Below the pieces are notes generated by a model that worked only from the letters and a program-made list of their open reading frames with translations, was not told the origin of the DNA and searched no databases. The position numbers and the translations under genes are program-made. Shown in pieces: positions 1 through 11,057 of a stretch of 64,000 nucleotides of DNA (position 1 is the stretch's first letter; the number at the start of each line of letters is the position of its first letter). This stretch comes from an uncultured Methanosarcinales archaeon (GTDB taxonomy: Archaea > Halobacteriota > Methanosarcinia > Methanotrichales > Methanotrichaceae): contig CAWJKV010000002.1 in assembly GCA_963843555.1 (NCBI GenBank), positions 256,001 through 320,000 on the forward strand. Direction: 5' to 3'.

Positions 1-126
1 GCCGCGGCCTTGAGCGGCGCCCCCAACCATAGCGCGGGAGGCCCGCAGGGCCGACTCGCGGAACCCCGGAAGAAAGAGTGAACCCTGGCTTTGCCTGCAT
101 CTTCTGCAGTCACGTCTGCAGTTCAA

Positions 127-303
127 TGACATCAGTATAGCTTTTAACGTCTTTGAGAAGGCCCCAGACAAGTCTTATTTCCGTCACTTCCCAGATGTGT
201 CACCTACGGAAAGACCATGGGGGAGGCCATAGAGATGGCTGGAGACGCAATCACAGGTTATGTGGAGAGCCTCATAGAGGATGACGAGGATGTCCCCGTA
301 TAG
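127..303 (+). pseudogene. Degenerate HicB-family antitoxin remnant
   Basis: The frame from 181 reads PSLPRCVTYGKTMGEAIEMAGDAITGYVESLIEDDEDVPV* (HicB-like N-terminal fold). The upstream part is broken by stops/frameshift. Confidence 0.65.
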
Positions 304-339
304 GACGACCTCAGGACATTATAGGAATTATAGGTGGTC

Positions 340-1887
340 TTAAGATTCAGTAGTTTCACCAGGAGGCACTATCTTGTACACCTTGCCCGTATTTCCAGTC
401 GGCCCGGCCTCAAGGCTCGCCATGATATACAGCTCATGATCCGAGTCTTCCCCAAAACCCCGAACAAAGCCCTCTGATCTTCTTCCCGGATCCTTGCACT
501 ACGTTCATTTTGTGGACAGTCCACATCCCTACACCAGCCGGCCTCAAATCATCTGGAGATGAAGGCATCTTCCAGCTCCAATCCGATGGCGGTGAGGCCA
601 CCAGGAGATTTCTGTCGCCGATCTCTGCATTGATCCAGGTCCAGTTCCCGAAGATGTAGCGCCCTTTAAAGTCAGCCAGGGAATTACCTCGATACACATG
701 CCCACCGACGACCGTATCCCCTACGTCGTGGCCCACCTCAACTATCGGCCCTATCAGGGGTTCGCCTCTGTAGCTGTGGTCCTGCATTCATCAGGAGGCT
801 GTCCGGGATTATTGGGATCGAAACAGTGGGTGCCCTCCCGGATGTTCCAGCCGTAGTTGCCGCCTCTGACTACCACATAGATCGACTCGAAGAGGTCCTG
901 GCCTGCGTTCCCTACCAGGAGAAGGCCGCTCTCTGGATCAAAGGAGGCATAAGCCGGATTCCTGAGGCCCCAGGCATAGATCTCTGGGAGCGCATTGCCC
1001 TCTTCCAGAAAAGGATTATCCCCTGGGATGCCATACGGCCTGCCACCGGTACTATCTATGTCACTATCTACATCTATCCTGTGGATCTTGCCCAGATAAC
1101 TGGCGATATCCTGGCCGTTGCCGATGTCGGGGTTGTGCCCTCTGCCGCTATCATTCGCCCCGCCTCCATCGCCCATCGGCACATAGAGGTATCCATCGGG
1201 ACCAAAGCGTATCTGCCCTCCATTGTGATTCATGGAAGGCCAGTCCACCTCCATGATCACCCTCTCGGAATGAGGATCGACTTTATTTGGGTCTGAAGAG
1301 ACTCTTAACTCAGATAACCGATTGGTATGATCCCAACCTTGAGGCCCGCCTTTCCTCAGAGGAATGCTGTAATAGACGAAAAGCCGACCGTTATTCCTGT
1401 AGTCGGAGTGGAATGCCAATCCCAGCATCCCCCGTTCATCGTATTTCGGAGAGAGCTTGATGACCTTGCTCCTGATATCGAGGAAGGGCTCTGGTCTGAT
1501 ATCGAGGCTTGATTCTAAGATCTTCGTCACTCCAATCTGGTCGACTATGAAAAGCCTCCCGGTGCCGTCATCTGGAGAGACCGCCACCATTGGTCCCGTC
1601 AGACCGGAAGCCACCAACTTCAGGCTCACATCGGGCACGAAATCCACAGGGGGCTCTGCTATTCTGGTTTTGGATCTGCCTGCCACAAAGATGGCCGCCT
1701 GGGCCGAGCCGGCATTCGTCAAATCCTTCTCGGATGGGTTTGATCTATTTCTGCCAGTCTGCTTATTCTCCTTTCCACCCATATCACCTGAAAGAGATAG
1801 CAGCATCAACGATGCCAAAAATAGGACCGTCATAAATAGCTCATACAAAAGGCTCACCCTCCATTCTCCCATTCCAAGAGCCACCAA
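340..1887 (-). CDS. PQQ-dependent glucose/sorbosone (aldose sugar) dehydrogenase family protein, split by two frameshifts (~775, ~480); start uncertain (possibly ~1782)
   Basis: Motifs ERGMLGLAFH, NHNGGQIRFGPDGYLY, GDGG, GLRNP and GGNYGW. The C-terminus GFGEDSDHELYI...GKVYKIVP...* is in a third frame ending at 340. Confidence 0.85.
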
Positions 1888-2069
1888 AAATATCCTGCAC
1901 TATTCTTACATTCTCTTGCTCGTTCATTGCTGGTAACTCCTCTGATTCCAGTTCATGCCATTGTTCAGATTGTTAGTATACGCGAAGAAACTTTTTAACT
2001 ATTTCGCCAGGATGGTCCTAGTCTGCAGTTTATTGCAGAGGGGATTAGCCAGCTCTCGGTCTCGCCTTT

Positions 2070-3113
2070 CTAGCGTATGATGTTCACCGCTTCCGGCTTG
2101 ATCGCCTTGAGGCCGTCTTCATGTACGCTGTCCAGGAAATTTGGCAGTTGCCTCTCATTGGTAAGGTTGTTGTCAATCATCCACCGCCCTTCGTCTTCCA
2201 TGGCGGTGATCAGCGACTGGTCGAGCGTGAGAGAATACTGATGCAAAGGCCAGATTGTGGCCATGTATTCCTCAGTGTAGTTCAACCTTCTCTGGAGTAT
2301 GGCCTTTGATTCAGTTGGATGGCTGAGAGCGTAATTCTCAGCCTGGACAAGCGACGTCAGGAGTTTGTTTATCGTCCCGGAATGGCTGGCAATCCAGTCG
2401 TTTCTGCAGGTCAGGACCCCGAAGGCATTCTGGTTGCTCTGCGCTTGCCAGACAATGGCGTTGTTGCCCAGCCGTTCTTCTACAGGATGGAGATAGATCC
2501 TGCGGGACTATAGATCGCATCCACACTGCCGTTTCCGATTGAATCGGCAAATTGGGACGGCCGGACATTCACTAAGGTTACGTCTTTCAGGCTGATGTTA
2601 TTCAGATAGAGAAACCTGCCCAGATAAAATTCCGTTATCGTTCCGCGAGCTACTCCAATTTCCTTTCCCCGCAGATCCGGCGACATGATCAATGCCGCGA
2701 TCTTTCCTTCCTACAATATACTGTCCCTGGTATTTATCGATGCTGCAGATCACACTGATATTCTCTTGTTTTAACACCATTCCCACAACCGGGTACTCCG
2801 ACGAAGCCGCTATTTCCGCCTCCCCATCCGCCATGCCCTCCACACATGCCAGTCCCGTATCGCAATAGAAGACGGTCGTGTTCAGGCCGTTCCGGGAAAA
2901 GATGCCACCATCTTCGGCGATAAAGATGAGTCCGGCCAACCCCTGGGCAGTGGTTCTGATGGCAATCGACTCAAGCATCCCTGAATTGGCTATCTGGGGA
3001 TTCAAGAGGTACCATGCGCCGATCCCTACGAGCGCTATCAGGACGACGACTGCAATCCCCTCAACTGCCTTTTTACCCATGCGATTTTCTCCAGGCGCCT
3101 TTTCAATCAACAC
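2070..3113 (-). CDS. NitT/TauT (SsuA/THI5-like) ABC substrate-binding protein, frameshifted (~2690, ~2505)
   Basis: N-terminal TM anchor; DLRGKEIGVARGTITEFYLGRFL; C-terminal LDQSLITAMEDEGRWM...PEAVNIIR. Paralogous to 49562-51642. Confidence 0.85.
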
Positions 3114-3117
3114 TGCT

Positions 3118-3215
3118 TTACTGCTTCAGCGGATTGTTCACCGGTTCCAGCTTTGCAGCCTCTAGGCCCTTCTTGTGTATGCAATCCCTATAATAGGGTA
3201 GCGTCTTCTCACTGC
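3118..3215 (-). pseudogene. C-terminal remnant of another substrate-binding protein
   Basis: EKTLPYYRDCIHKKGLEAAKLEPVN matches the C-terminus EKTLPYFRDYIYTEGLEEIKPEAVN of 49562-50608. Confidence 0.6.
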
Positions 3216-3278
3216 CAAGATAAGATTGGCTCCTTGCTGTTGTTGTGGGTTCGTCCACCATCTCAGTAGTCCGACATT

Positions 3279-3420
3279 TTCGTGGCCCCCCGTGCGCTCT
3301 GTGGCTCTGTGGTGATATTGCGTAAATCACCTGGGTCTAAAAGTGTGGAATGAAGCTGCTGATTTCACCACAAAGGGACAAGAAAAATGAAGAAAAAAAA
3401 GGACTCTTAAGGGACACAGA
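3279..3420. repeat. REP-like element with ~9-bp CTCTGTG units and an inverted CACCAC arm
   Basis: ctctgtggctctgtggtgatat (~3297-3318) is followed by its near-complement atttcaccacaaag (3362-3375). Confidence 0.45.
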
Positions 3421-4042
3421 AGATCCGGATTCTCCGTCTCAATCGTCTATTCACCGTCAGATCGCATCAAGTTCATTGTCCAGCAGCATGATGACTGCGC
3501 ACCCGATCACCTGCGCGGAGGCGTGCGATCTCAACAGGTGCCCGCCAATGGTTGTCGCAGACTGATCGGCTGGTATGCCTTCGGGCAACACTGCGGTTCG
3601 AACCAATCCAGAACACTCACTGTTGCTGCCAGGTATCGAGATACCATAGCCACTCAAACTTGCCTTTGTAAGGTACTGGCCCATATTGAAGTCTACAAAT
3701 TCCAGACGTTTACTCCCAATTTTTTCCGTAAGCCGCCTTACCTCCCCGGATTCCTAACGTCCCCAACCAAGTCGTCACCACTTCAACAAGAATATGAAGT
3801 ACAATATGAAGTACAGTTCCACTAATCTGATCAAGTTTTCCAGGAGATTTATTCCAGTTGATCTTCCTTTTGAAGGATCTGGTCTTCAACTGATCATTGG
3901 CCCTGTTTGAAGCCAAATCGGAAGAGTACCTAGAAATTAATTGTTACCCTTCCTTTAATACCTTTAGGTACTCATCTCAGAGATTAGTGAGTTCCCCATA
4001 AAGTAGCATTTATAAAAAAGTGCGTTAAATGATGCCCATCGT

Positions 4043-5305
4043 TCATTCTAGCCCTACCCTCGCCCCAAGCTTTGCCATCTCCTGGAAGAATCCCGGATAG
4101 CTCACATCAACCGCCTCAGCCGTATCAATCATGGTCCCACCGGCCGCAAAGCCCGCCACCGTCAGGGCCATGACTATCCTGTGGTCGTGGTAGCCGTGCA
4201 CGCTGGCCCCGTGCAGCTTTCCGCCAGTGATCTCGAGGCCATCCGGCCTTTCCCGGATGTCGGCTCCCATCTTGGCCAGCTCCACAGCCATAGCATGCAG
4301 CCGGTCCGTCTCCTTGTGTCGCACGTGCTCGGCATTCATAATCGTAGTCTTTCCTTTGGCCAAAGCCCCCAGTACGGCAATGGTGGGCACCAGATCCGGA
4401 GTCCGGCTGGCGTCCACTTCGATGCCTTCAAGGTCGCCGCCTTTGATCTTCAGGTCCCCCTTTTCTTTATCCCAGGAGACCCTGGCGCCCATGCGGTTCA
4501 GGATATCAATGATGGCCGAGTCCCCCTGCCGGGAGGGCAAGATGCCCTTAACAGTTACCTCAGAGCCCGTGACAGCTGCCGCTGCCAGAGGGTAGGACGC
4601 GGAGGAGAAGTCTCCGGGAATGGTGTAGCTCTTCAGGTTGTAGCTCTGCCCGCCCGAGACATTGAACTCCTGCGCCTTCGCTAGCACGCCCACGCCCGCG
4701 TCGGCCAGCATGTCCAGAGTGATCTCAGCGTAAGGGCGGGACTTCAGCTCGCCTTCGATCACAATCTTCGTGTCCTTTTCCGCCAGCGGAGCTGCTATGA
4801 GCAGTGCGGAAAGAAACTGGCTGCTTACGCCGCCCTGCAGGTGCGCAACACCGCCCCTCATTTTTCCCCTGACAACCAGTGGGGCTTTGCCGTTATTACG
4901 AATGGAAAAGGCGGTGGTGCCCAGCTCTGAGAGTGAGCTGAGCAGCGGTCCATTGGGACGGGTGCGAATAGAGGCGTCGCCCGTCAGCACTGCTCCTTCT
5001 GTGAGAGCTGCCACGGCCGCGCAGAAGCGTAGCGTAGTGCCCGAATTCAAGACGTTGATGACATCTTCCGGGGTCTGGGGCAGGTCAGAGACACCTGTGA
5101 TCTTTACCTCATCGCTCAGGGTGATCCTGGCCCCAAAAGCCTCACTGGCGGCGACTGTGGCTCTCGTATCCGCGGATAGGAGGGCGCGCTTCACTGTGCC
5201 GCCCGGACCCAAAGCTGTTATCAGAATAGCGCGGTGGGTGTAGCTCTTCGAGGGCGGGGCATATACCTCACCGGATACAGCAGAGCGCTCGACTGACGCA
5301 ATCAT
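4043..5305 (-). CDS. aroA: 3-phosphoshikimate 1-carboxyvinyltransferase (EPSP synthase)
   Basis: PPSKSYTHRA, NSGTTLRF, SSQFLSALL, RHKETDRL and DHRIVMA motifs. Start trimmed to MIASVER at 5305. Confidence 0.97.
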   Translation of the reverse strand: MIASVERSAVSGEVYAPPSKSYTHRAILITALGPGGTVKRALLSADTRATVAASEAFGARITLSDEVKITGVSDLPQTPEDVINVLNSGTTLRFCAAVAALTEGAVLTGDASIRTRPNGPLLSSLSELGTTAFSIRNNGKAPLVVRGKMRGGVAHLQGGVSSQFLSALLIAAPLAEKDTKIVIEGELKSRPYAEITLDMLADAGVGVLAKAQEFNVSGGQSYNLKSYTIPGDFSSASYPLAAAAVTGSEVTVKGILPSRQGDSAIIDILNRMGARVSWDKEKGDLKIKGGDLEGIEVDASRTPDLVPTIAVLGALAKGKTTIMNAEHVRHKETDRLHAMAVELAKMGADIRERPDGLEITGGKLHGASVHGYHDHRIVMALTVAGFAAGGTMIDTAEAVDVSYPGFFQEMAKLGARVGLE

Positions 5306-5830
5306 GATCGAGGGATGGGACAGGAAGTATAAGAAATATGTGCTATGGCATAACCTGACACAATGCATGAGAAGTATGAGAACCACAAAATAGTTTGCCC
5401 ACATGAGCAATCGTCGGATGGGAAAAGCGCCCGGGTGAGTCTCAAGTTCTTCCATAAAATGGATGACAAGGGAGAGAGAAGCCCCCACTCCTCTACCAAT
5501 GTTGCCGTTGGTTGTACGGCATTCAACGTAGTACGACATAAGTCGAATATAAATCTTACGACCCGAGGCTCGAACAGCTCTGCATCTATAATCTAGCAGC
5601 GGTAACCATTAGATGTTTGAGAATGGAACAGAGCCAACTTCTTGCGATTGGAGAATTGGAGGACTGCGTTACGATCTTGCCCAGCCCTTGAGGCTTGCCA
5701 AATGCCACGGCGCTCAATTCGGCCTTCAAGTCTGCCCCCCAAGCCTTCAGTAGGCATGAGGTTCCTGCGGCATCAAGTCTAAACGAATCCTACTTCAACG
5801 AAACCTATACATATAAGCTAATCGTTATTG

Positions 5831-5899
5831 ATGATAGCGATTGTAATAGAATTGATGGCAATTAGTGTCCTGATCTTCTGGGGTTGGCACTATGGTTAA
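5831..5899 (+). CDS. Putative 22-aa hydrophobic peptide
   Basis: MIAIVIELMAISVLIFWGWHYG*, just downstream of a TATA-like tatacatataag (~5806-5817). Very short. Confidence 0.3.
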   Translation: MIAIVIELMAISVLIFWGWHYG

Positions 5900-5957
5900 C
5901 TTCCGGACTTGAGGGATTAGTTAGAAGAAATGCTTATTGGTTTTCCAGGGAGGACGC

Positions 5958-6098
5958 ATGATATCTGATGAAGAACAGCCCAAGAGAAAGATGAACATAT
6001 TCGATATAGGGATCTATGCAATAGAAGTAGGATTAGTAGCAGCGGTCATCTACGCAATAATTGCGCTTCCAACGCTGTTGAAGCCAGTCGCCTCATGA
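5958..6098 (+). CDS. Small single-TM protein (46 aa)
   Basis: GGAGG RBS, then MISDEEQPKRKMNIFDIGIYAIEVGLVAAVIYAIIALPTLLKPVAS*. Confidence 0.55.
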   Translation: MISDEEQPKRKMNIFDIGIYAIEVGLVAAVIYAIIALPTLLKPVAS

Positions 6099-6173
6099 AC
6101 TGCTTCCATCTTGCATATGATCTAGACTGAGATAGAGCGTAATTGAAAACCAGTTCCGCATAAAGCAAAAACG

Positions 6174-6245
6174 TGCGGCTGCCGGGATTCGAACCCGGGT
6201 TACGAGCTTGGGAAGCTCATGTCATAACCGCTGGACCACAGCCGC
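6174..6245 (-). tRNA. tRNA-Gly (CCC)
   Basis: The reverse complement GCGGCTGTGGTCCAGCGG...GAGCTTCCCAAGCTC...GGTTCGAATCCCGGCAGCCGCA folds as a cloverleaf with anticodon CCC. Confidence 0.97.
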
Positions 6246-6465
6246 TCAAGTGTCATCTGCCTTATGATATGCCTTTAGCAATTCCAGCTTCCAATATTTA
6301 ATGTTATAGGATTCGAGGGCTCGCCTGCCTGGAAGAGCTTCCCTGAGTAGGCAATCCTTTCCCGATCTCCTGCCTGATCCCGGGCGCACGCGCGAGCCCG
6401 CCCGGGGCGCGAGCTTCTCTCGATGCCAGCAAAGCCCCCCCATGACCGCCAACGCTTCCCGCTCA

Positions 6466-6819
6466 CTACTTCTTTTCAATACTATCCTGTCTCCCGCCGC
6501 AGACACTTCGGAACAGATCCAGCCCATCCACCACCTTTCCGATATGATTGACTGCCGAATAGGGCTGAGTCTGGCCAAAGAAGATGCAGAATGCCGGGCC
6601 CGGCGACCAGTAGCAAATGTCGCCCGCTTTGGCCGTTGGCGATGGGTTCTCGTCCTCCATCTCCAGAGGCACTTCAAAGTATACCTCATCTCCCCAGAGG
6701 TTGGCCCTGGCCTCCAAAGGCAGAATCTCCCAGAAGGCATCTCTGATTCCAGGATTCCGGTCGTCCAGCTCTGCCAGTGCACTTCCCTTTCCCATGACCA
6801 TGATCTCTATGGTTCTCAT
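6466..6819 (-). CDS. Cyclophilin-like fold protein (DUF369-type)
   Basis: LPLEARANLWGDEVYF and GDICYWSPGPAFCIFFG...VNHIGK. Confidence 0.85.
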   Translation of the reverse strand: MRTIEIMVMGKGSALAELDDRNPGIRDAFWEILPLEARANLWGDEVYFEVPLEMEDENPSPTAKAGDICYWSPGPAFCIFFGQTQPYSAVNHIGKVVDGLDLFRSVCGGRQDSIEKK

Positions 6820-7199
6820 GAATTAGCCTCTGTTTATCAAGTTATATCAAGGTAGTAAGGGGTGATGGCCGCTCGGCTTGAAATAACTCTTTCCGGCTGC
6901 TTTCCGATTACTTTCGCCCTGCACGGCAAATCCTTTCATAGCTATCGATACTATTATGATTTAGACCGCCCGAGCCCTTACTCTTTTGATCACTCCCGGC
7001 GGGCGGCTCCATCCCCTCAATATTCGGGCACTGTGCAATTAGCCTGTGTCATCTACGTCATCCGCTTACCGGGCCAGGCATCGCATATGCGACATTTTAT
7101 TTAGCTTCCGGCACTATAGAATATCTGGGAATGGACCACAACGCCCTCTATTCAAGAGACCATCATGGCATAATGGCGAATCACTGTCCAGGAGGCAAA

Positions 7200-7883
7200 A
7201 TGACTGTCACAAAGCTAGAAGAAAAAGGGATTAAAGGCTTGATCTTCGACCTTTACAATACGCTGATTGACATCAAGACCGATGAGGATAGCATTCATAC
7301 TTATGAGCCGGTCAGCAAATGGCTGATCTATCAGGGAGTCAAAATCTCGGCGGACGATCTGATGAAGGAGTACAATTGGCTGGTTAGAGAGGCCATGGAA
7401 GGCAGGTGGGAGAAGTATCCTGAGGTCAATGTGCATGAGGTCTTCACCAATATATGCAAGAGCCATGCCGTCTGGAAGATCGACGCGGAGTTGGTTGGGG
7501 CGGAAGCCTCTCGCGCCTTCCGGGCCGGATCTCTGCGCCATTTGCAGGTCTTCCCTCAAAGCCTGCGGCTCCTCCGGGAGCTGGAGAGCTACCCCAAGAC
7601 CATAGTCTCCAATGGACAGAGGGTATTCTCAGAAAAGGAGATGAGGTTTTTCGGCCTTTACGACAAGTTCCAGCACGTGATCTTCTCCTCAGACTTTGGC
7701 CACAAAAAGCCGGATCCCCGGATCTTCCTGGAGGCAACGAAGCAGATGGGGCTCGAGCCGGAAGAGGTTATGTGCATCGGCGACAACTTCGACAACGACA
7801 TAGTCCCATCCGCCCGGCTGGGCATGAAGACTATGCATATCGAAGAGGCCTGGAAGTTCTTCGGGGTGAATGAACCCCATTAG
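7200..7883 (+). CDS. HAD-superfamily hydrolase
   Basis: FDLYNTL, VSNG, KPDPRIF and IGDNFDND motifs. GGAGG RBS before the ATG at 7200. Confidence 0.9.
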   Translation: MTVTKLEEKGIKGLIFDLYNTLIDIKTDEDSIHTYEPVSKWLIYQGVKISADDLMKEYNWLVREAMEGRWEKYPEVNVHEVFTNICKSHAVWKIDAELVGAEASRAFRAGSLRHLQVFPQSLRLLRELESYPKTIVSNGQRVFSEKEMRFFGLYDKFQHVIFSSDFGHKKPDPRIFLEATKQMGLEPEEVMCIGDNFDNDIVPSARLGMKTMHIEEAWKFFGVNEPH

Positions 7884-7908
7884 TATGCAACCGCCGGGTT
7901 GGATTTGA

Positions 7909-8868
7909 ATGGCAATAGAGAAGTATGTTGGCACTTTAGCTCCTGGAAATGTTTTCCGGAATTGGCTGGTGCAGGTCCTGGGTGAGAAGGTAATTGATCA
8001 AAATTGCAGGGTCAATGTCTATAGAATAAAACCCGCCTCGCATACAGTCTGCCGGTACGAGTTTCCTGCACAGGGATTTAGTGTGGTGGCCAAGTTCTAT
8101 GCTGAGCCTACAGGTTGGAACAAGAAATACAATCCTGTGCAGGCTATGGAAAACGAGTTTCGAACCCTCAAACAGATCGAACCGATAGTAGACATTCCCC
8201 GACCCCTGGCCGTCCATAGGGACTTCCACTGCGCCTTGCTAATGGAATATATTCGAGGAAAATCGTTCTACAAATATATGAAAGACATAAATAAAGAAGG
8301 CAGGCTGTATGATAAGCTCACCGACATCGCCCATATGCAGAGAAGGCTGCACGATCAAACACAATCCGATTACAGAAAAGATAGAGTATTCGCAAGGTTT
8401 CACAAAGTTCTGGACCAGCTGAGGCTGGATACCAAAACCAGGACGGAATATAACCGCTTGCTGGGGGCATGGTGGTACAGCCCGCTGCTGGACCGGCCCT
8501 CTGGCTGCATGATTCACGGCGATCCAAATCCCATGAATTATCAGTTCAACCACGGCAGGATCTATATGCTGGACTTCGAGAGCTCAATAGAGCATGCTAA
8601 CTTCGTGCACGACCTGGGGATAGTTGCCGCCGAGCTCAAGAATTATTTTGCCATTCACAGAGGCGATGCAGGGAGAGCAGAGCCCTACATCGGCCACTAT
8701 CTTTGGAAATACAGCCTCAATGAGCCGGAGTTTCATGCCATAACTCGCACCCTGCCATTCTTCATGAGCTTCGGGCTGCTGAGAATGGCCAGGTTGAGGC
8801 TGGGGGCAGACCATAGGGACTTTGTATTTCGAGAGGCAAAAGCGTGTTTGGAGAGCCTGGAGAAGTGA
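7909..8868 (+). CDS. Aminoglycoside-phosphotransferase/choline-kinase-like protein
   Basis: VAKFY, HGDPNPMN (Brenner motif), LDFE and HDLG. Confidence 0.85.
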   Translation: MAIEKYVGTLAPGNVFRNWLVQVLGEKVIDQNCRVNVYRIKPASHTVCRYEFPAQGFSVVAKFYAEPTGWNKKYNPVQAMENEFRTLKQIEPIVDIPRPLAVHRDFHCALLMEYIRGKSFYKYMKDINKEGRLYDKLTDIAHMQRRLHDQTQSDYRKDRVFARFHKVLDQLRLDTKTRTEYNRLLGAWWYSPLLDRPSGCMIHGDPNPMNYQFNHGRIYMLDFESSIEHANFVHDLGIVAAELKNYFAIHRGDAGRAEPYIGHYLWKYSLNEPEFHAITRTLPFFMSFGLLRMARLRLGADHRDFVFREAKACLESLEK

Positions 8869-8934
8869 GAAGGCGGGAAGCCTGCCAGGCCAGAGGTCGT
8901 TACCGAAATGAAAATCCTTTCCTTTCCCATCTTC

Positions 8935-9540
8935 TTATCTTCTCCTCAGCCTTATATGCAGCCGGTCGGAGTAGTTGACACCGAGCCGCAATGCCAGATC
9001 CCAGGCCTCCCTGGCGCCCTGCATATCCCGATCGATGCCGTAAGCCATTACCCAGACTCTTTCCCGGTCCAGATTTGATACCAGCCCCTCCAATAGCTCG
9101 GATGTCCAGCACCATGCAGCATTCCCCAACACAAATTTTAGGTGGACGTTCGCCTTTTCGGCCCAGTAATCAAGATGAAAATTCGATCCTCGTTTGGGGC
9201 TCACAACAGCATAGCAAATTTTTTCCAGGATCTCTTCTGGAATGGGATTGGTGCCGTTTGTCTCGATATGAATCTCCTTGCCCATGCTCTGCAGCCCAGT
9301 GATCAACTCCGATAGTTCGGCCATCTGCAACGTGGGTTCTCCTCCCGTTATGACCACTCTCGGTCCCAGGATCTTGATCTCCGCCAACAAATCGGACAGC
9401 TTCAAAATCCGGGCAGGCTTTTGATCTGTGTCGCATCCCTCACACCTGAGGTTGCAGTCTGCCAGCCTTACAAAGGTAGCTGGCCTTCCCATGGCCGGAC
9501 CCTCGCCCTGCATGGAATAGAAGATCTCGATCAGTCGCAT
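8935..9540 (-). CDS. queE: 7-carboxy-7-deazaguanine synthase (radical SAM)
   Basis: EIFYSMQGEG, FVRLADCNLRCEGCDT, VITGGEP, IETNGT and VSPK. Confidence 0.9.
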   Translation of the reverse strand: MRLIEIFYSMQGEGPAMGRPATFVRLADCNLRCEGCDTDQKPARILKLSDLLAEIKILGPRVVITGGEPTLQMAELSELITGLQSMGKEIHIETNGTNPIPEEILEKICYAVVSPKRGSNFHLDYWAEKANVHLKFVLGNAAWCWTSELLEGLVSNLDRERVWVMAYGIDRDMQGAREAWDLALRLGVNYSDRLHIRLRRR

Positions 9541-9831
9541 TTTGTTCAAATCCTCTCATGTTCATGTATTTGCTCTCAAGTCTGAGGCCCTTCACCGTTT
9601 TTTCAGATACTAGCCACAGGAGTATTTCGGTTTCTCATTGATTGCCTCTCTCCCCTCTCTCGCTTGCTCTCTTAAAACTCTCGCTTCTAAAGCATTTCGA
9701 TTGATGCCAAAACGGCATCTAATAGTAAAAATATATTTTTCTAGCTTGATGAACGACCAAAAAATATATAAATCCAAAATGCTCATTATTTAATGTTATA
9801 ATAAGAGAACTTGCGTGGAGTGGGGGATGAA

Positions 9832-10152
9832 ATGATAAAGATTGGAATTGAAGTAAGTAGCAGAAATCTGCACTGTGACCTCCTCGAGAATCCAGGCAGA
9901 TACTTCTTCATTCGGGAGGCAGACAGCCGGGCATCTCTATGCATCCAAACCTGCAACTCTCAGGGCGAAGACATCAAAACCCATATGATCGATGCTCTCG
10001 CCCCGAACGGGGAAGGAAATCTCTATTCCATTTTTGAAGATGGCATCAATGACGCCATTCTCGAGCGGCTGGAGTGGAAGAGGCACTCGTGCCACGAGGA
10101 TAAATATTCAGTCTCCGCCTCAACTGGTGCAGATGCTCTCCATGATGCCTGA
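9832..10152 (+). CDS. Hypothetical protein
   Basis: ORF following an AT-rich promoter-like region, with a purine-rich RBS. No recognised motif. Confidence 0.5.
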   Translation: MIKIGIEVSSRNLHCDLLENPGRYFFIREADSRASLCIQTCNSQGEDIKTHMIDALAPNGEGNLYSIFEDGINDAILERLEWKRHSCHEDKYSVSASTGADALHDA

Positions 10153-10354
10153 TTTTATGGATTGGATCATCTCATCTATCTTGACCAATGGCAGGAATTT
10201 AGTCATCTATCCTTCTGAAGATATTTACTATTTAACTACTTTATAATTAATAATTAATAACTTACATCATGATTTATAGGAAGATCTGCTCGGAATGGTG
10301 CACAACCAGGATACTGGCATTTCTTTCCAAATATATCGAAGGGATAGGTAGCAA

Positions 10355-10717
10355 ATGTTCATAAAAGATTTGGCTAAATGCAAGTATTTCAAAGCATTCG
10401 ACAACACAAACCTCTGCGAGCTTCTTCATCCTGGTCGCGATGGGTCAGACATTCCCTATAGCATCGCTCATGCCATATTGGAGCCCGGGGCGGCGTCTCT
10501 TCCTCACCGGCTTAAAACCTCCTCCGAGGTGTACTTCATCCTGGAGGGAATGGGCGAGATGCACATCGATTCCAAAGAGGCAGAAGTCAGCACAGGTCAA
10601 GCCATCCTTATCCCGCCCGGCTCCTGGCAGCACATCCGCAATAGTGGAACGGTGGATCTAAAATTTCTTTGCATAGTTCATCCCATGTGGCGTGCAGAAG
10701 ATGAAGAGAGGCTATAG
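10355..10717 (+). CDS. Cupin domain protein
   Basis: PHRLKTSSEVYFILEGMG...IPPGSWQHIRN cupin motifs. Confidence 0.9.
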   Translation: MFIKDLAKCKYFKAFDNTNLCELLHPGRDGSDIPYSIAHAILEPGAASLPHRLKTSSEVYFILEGMGEMHIDSKEAEVSTGQAILIPPGSWQHIRNSGTVDLKFLCIVHPMWRAEDEERL

Positions 10718-10822
10718 CGAAAGCTATTACTGCCCTCCATCCCTTGAGAGAACTCCGGACGATGAAGTAAGAGTTTCGGATTCAGGATACCATACCGTAT
10801 CAGGGAAAGGAGTTGCATTAAT

Positions 10823-11008
10823 TTGGGAAAAAAGGCAAAATCTAAGAATGATGCCATTATGACCGGCATTCTCGTTACAAGGTTCCAAATGGGGCAGATT
10901 GACGTGAGAGATTTGGAGAAGATGGCCACAGATACATCCAAGACCGAGAGGTCATCAGCAGCAAAGAAGGTGCTGGCGGGAATAAAAGATATGCCTGCTC
11001 TTCCTTAA
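10823..11008 (+). CDS. Small hypothetical protein
   Basis: 61-aa ORF with plausible composition, TTG start preceded by AGGAG. Confidence 0.5.
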   Translation: MGKKAKSKNDAIMTGILVTRFQMGQIDVRDLEKMATDTSKTERSSAAKKVLAGIKDMPALP

Positions 11009-11057
11009 GCCAGAAAATGCAATTCCTTTGTCAGATCGTCGATCCGTCGATCAGCAA

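Noticed and set aside
3457..3916. Short ORFs and a 13-bp direct repeat (AATATGAAGTACA x2, ~3791-3817)
   Set aside because: No motif or RBS support, and a two-copy repeat is insufficient evidence.
5306..5539. N-terminal extension of aroA given by the ORF track
   Set aside because: Homology begins at MIASVER (5305); the extension has no recognisable features.
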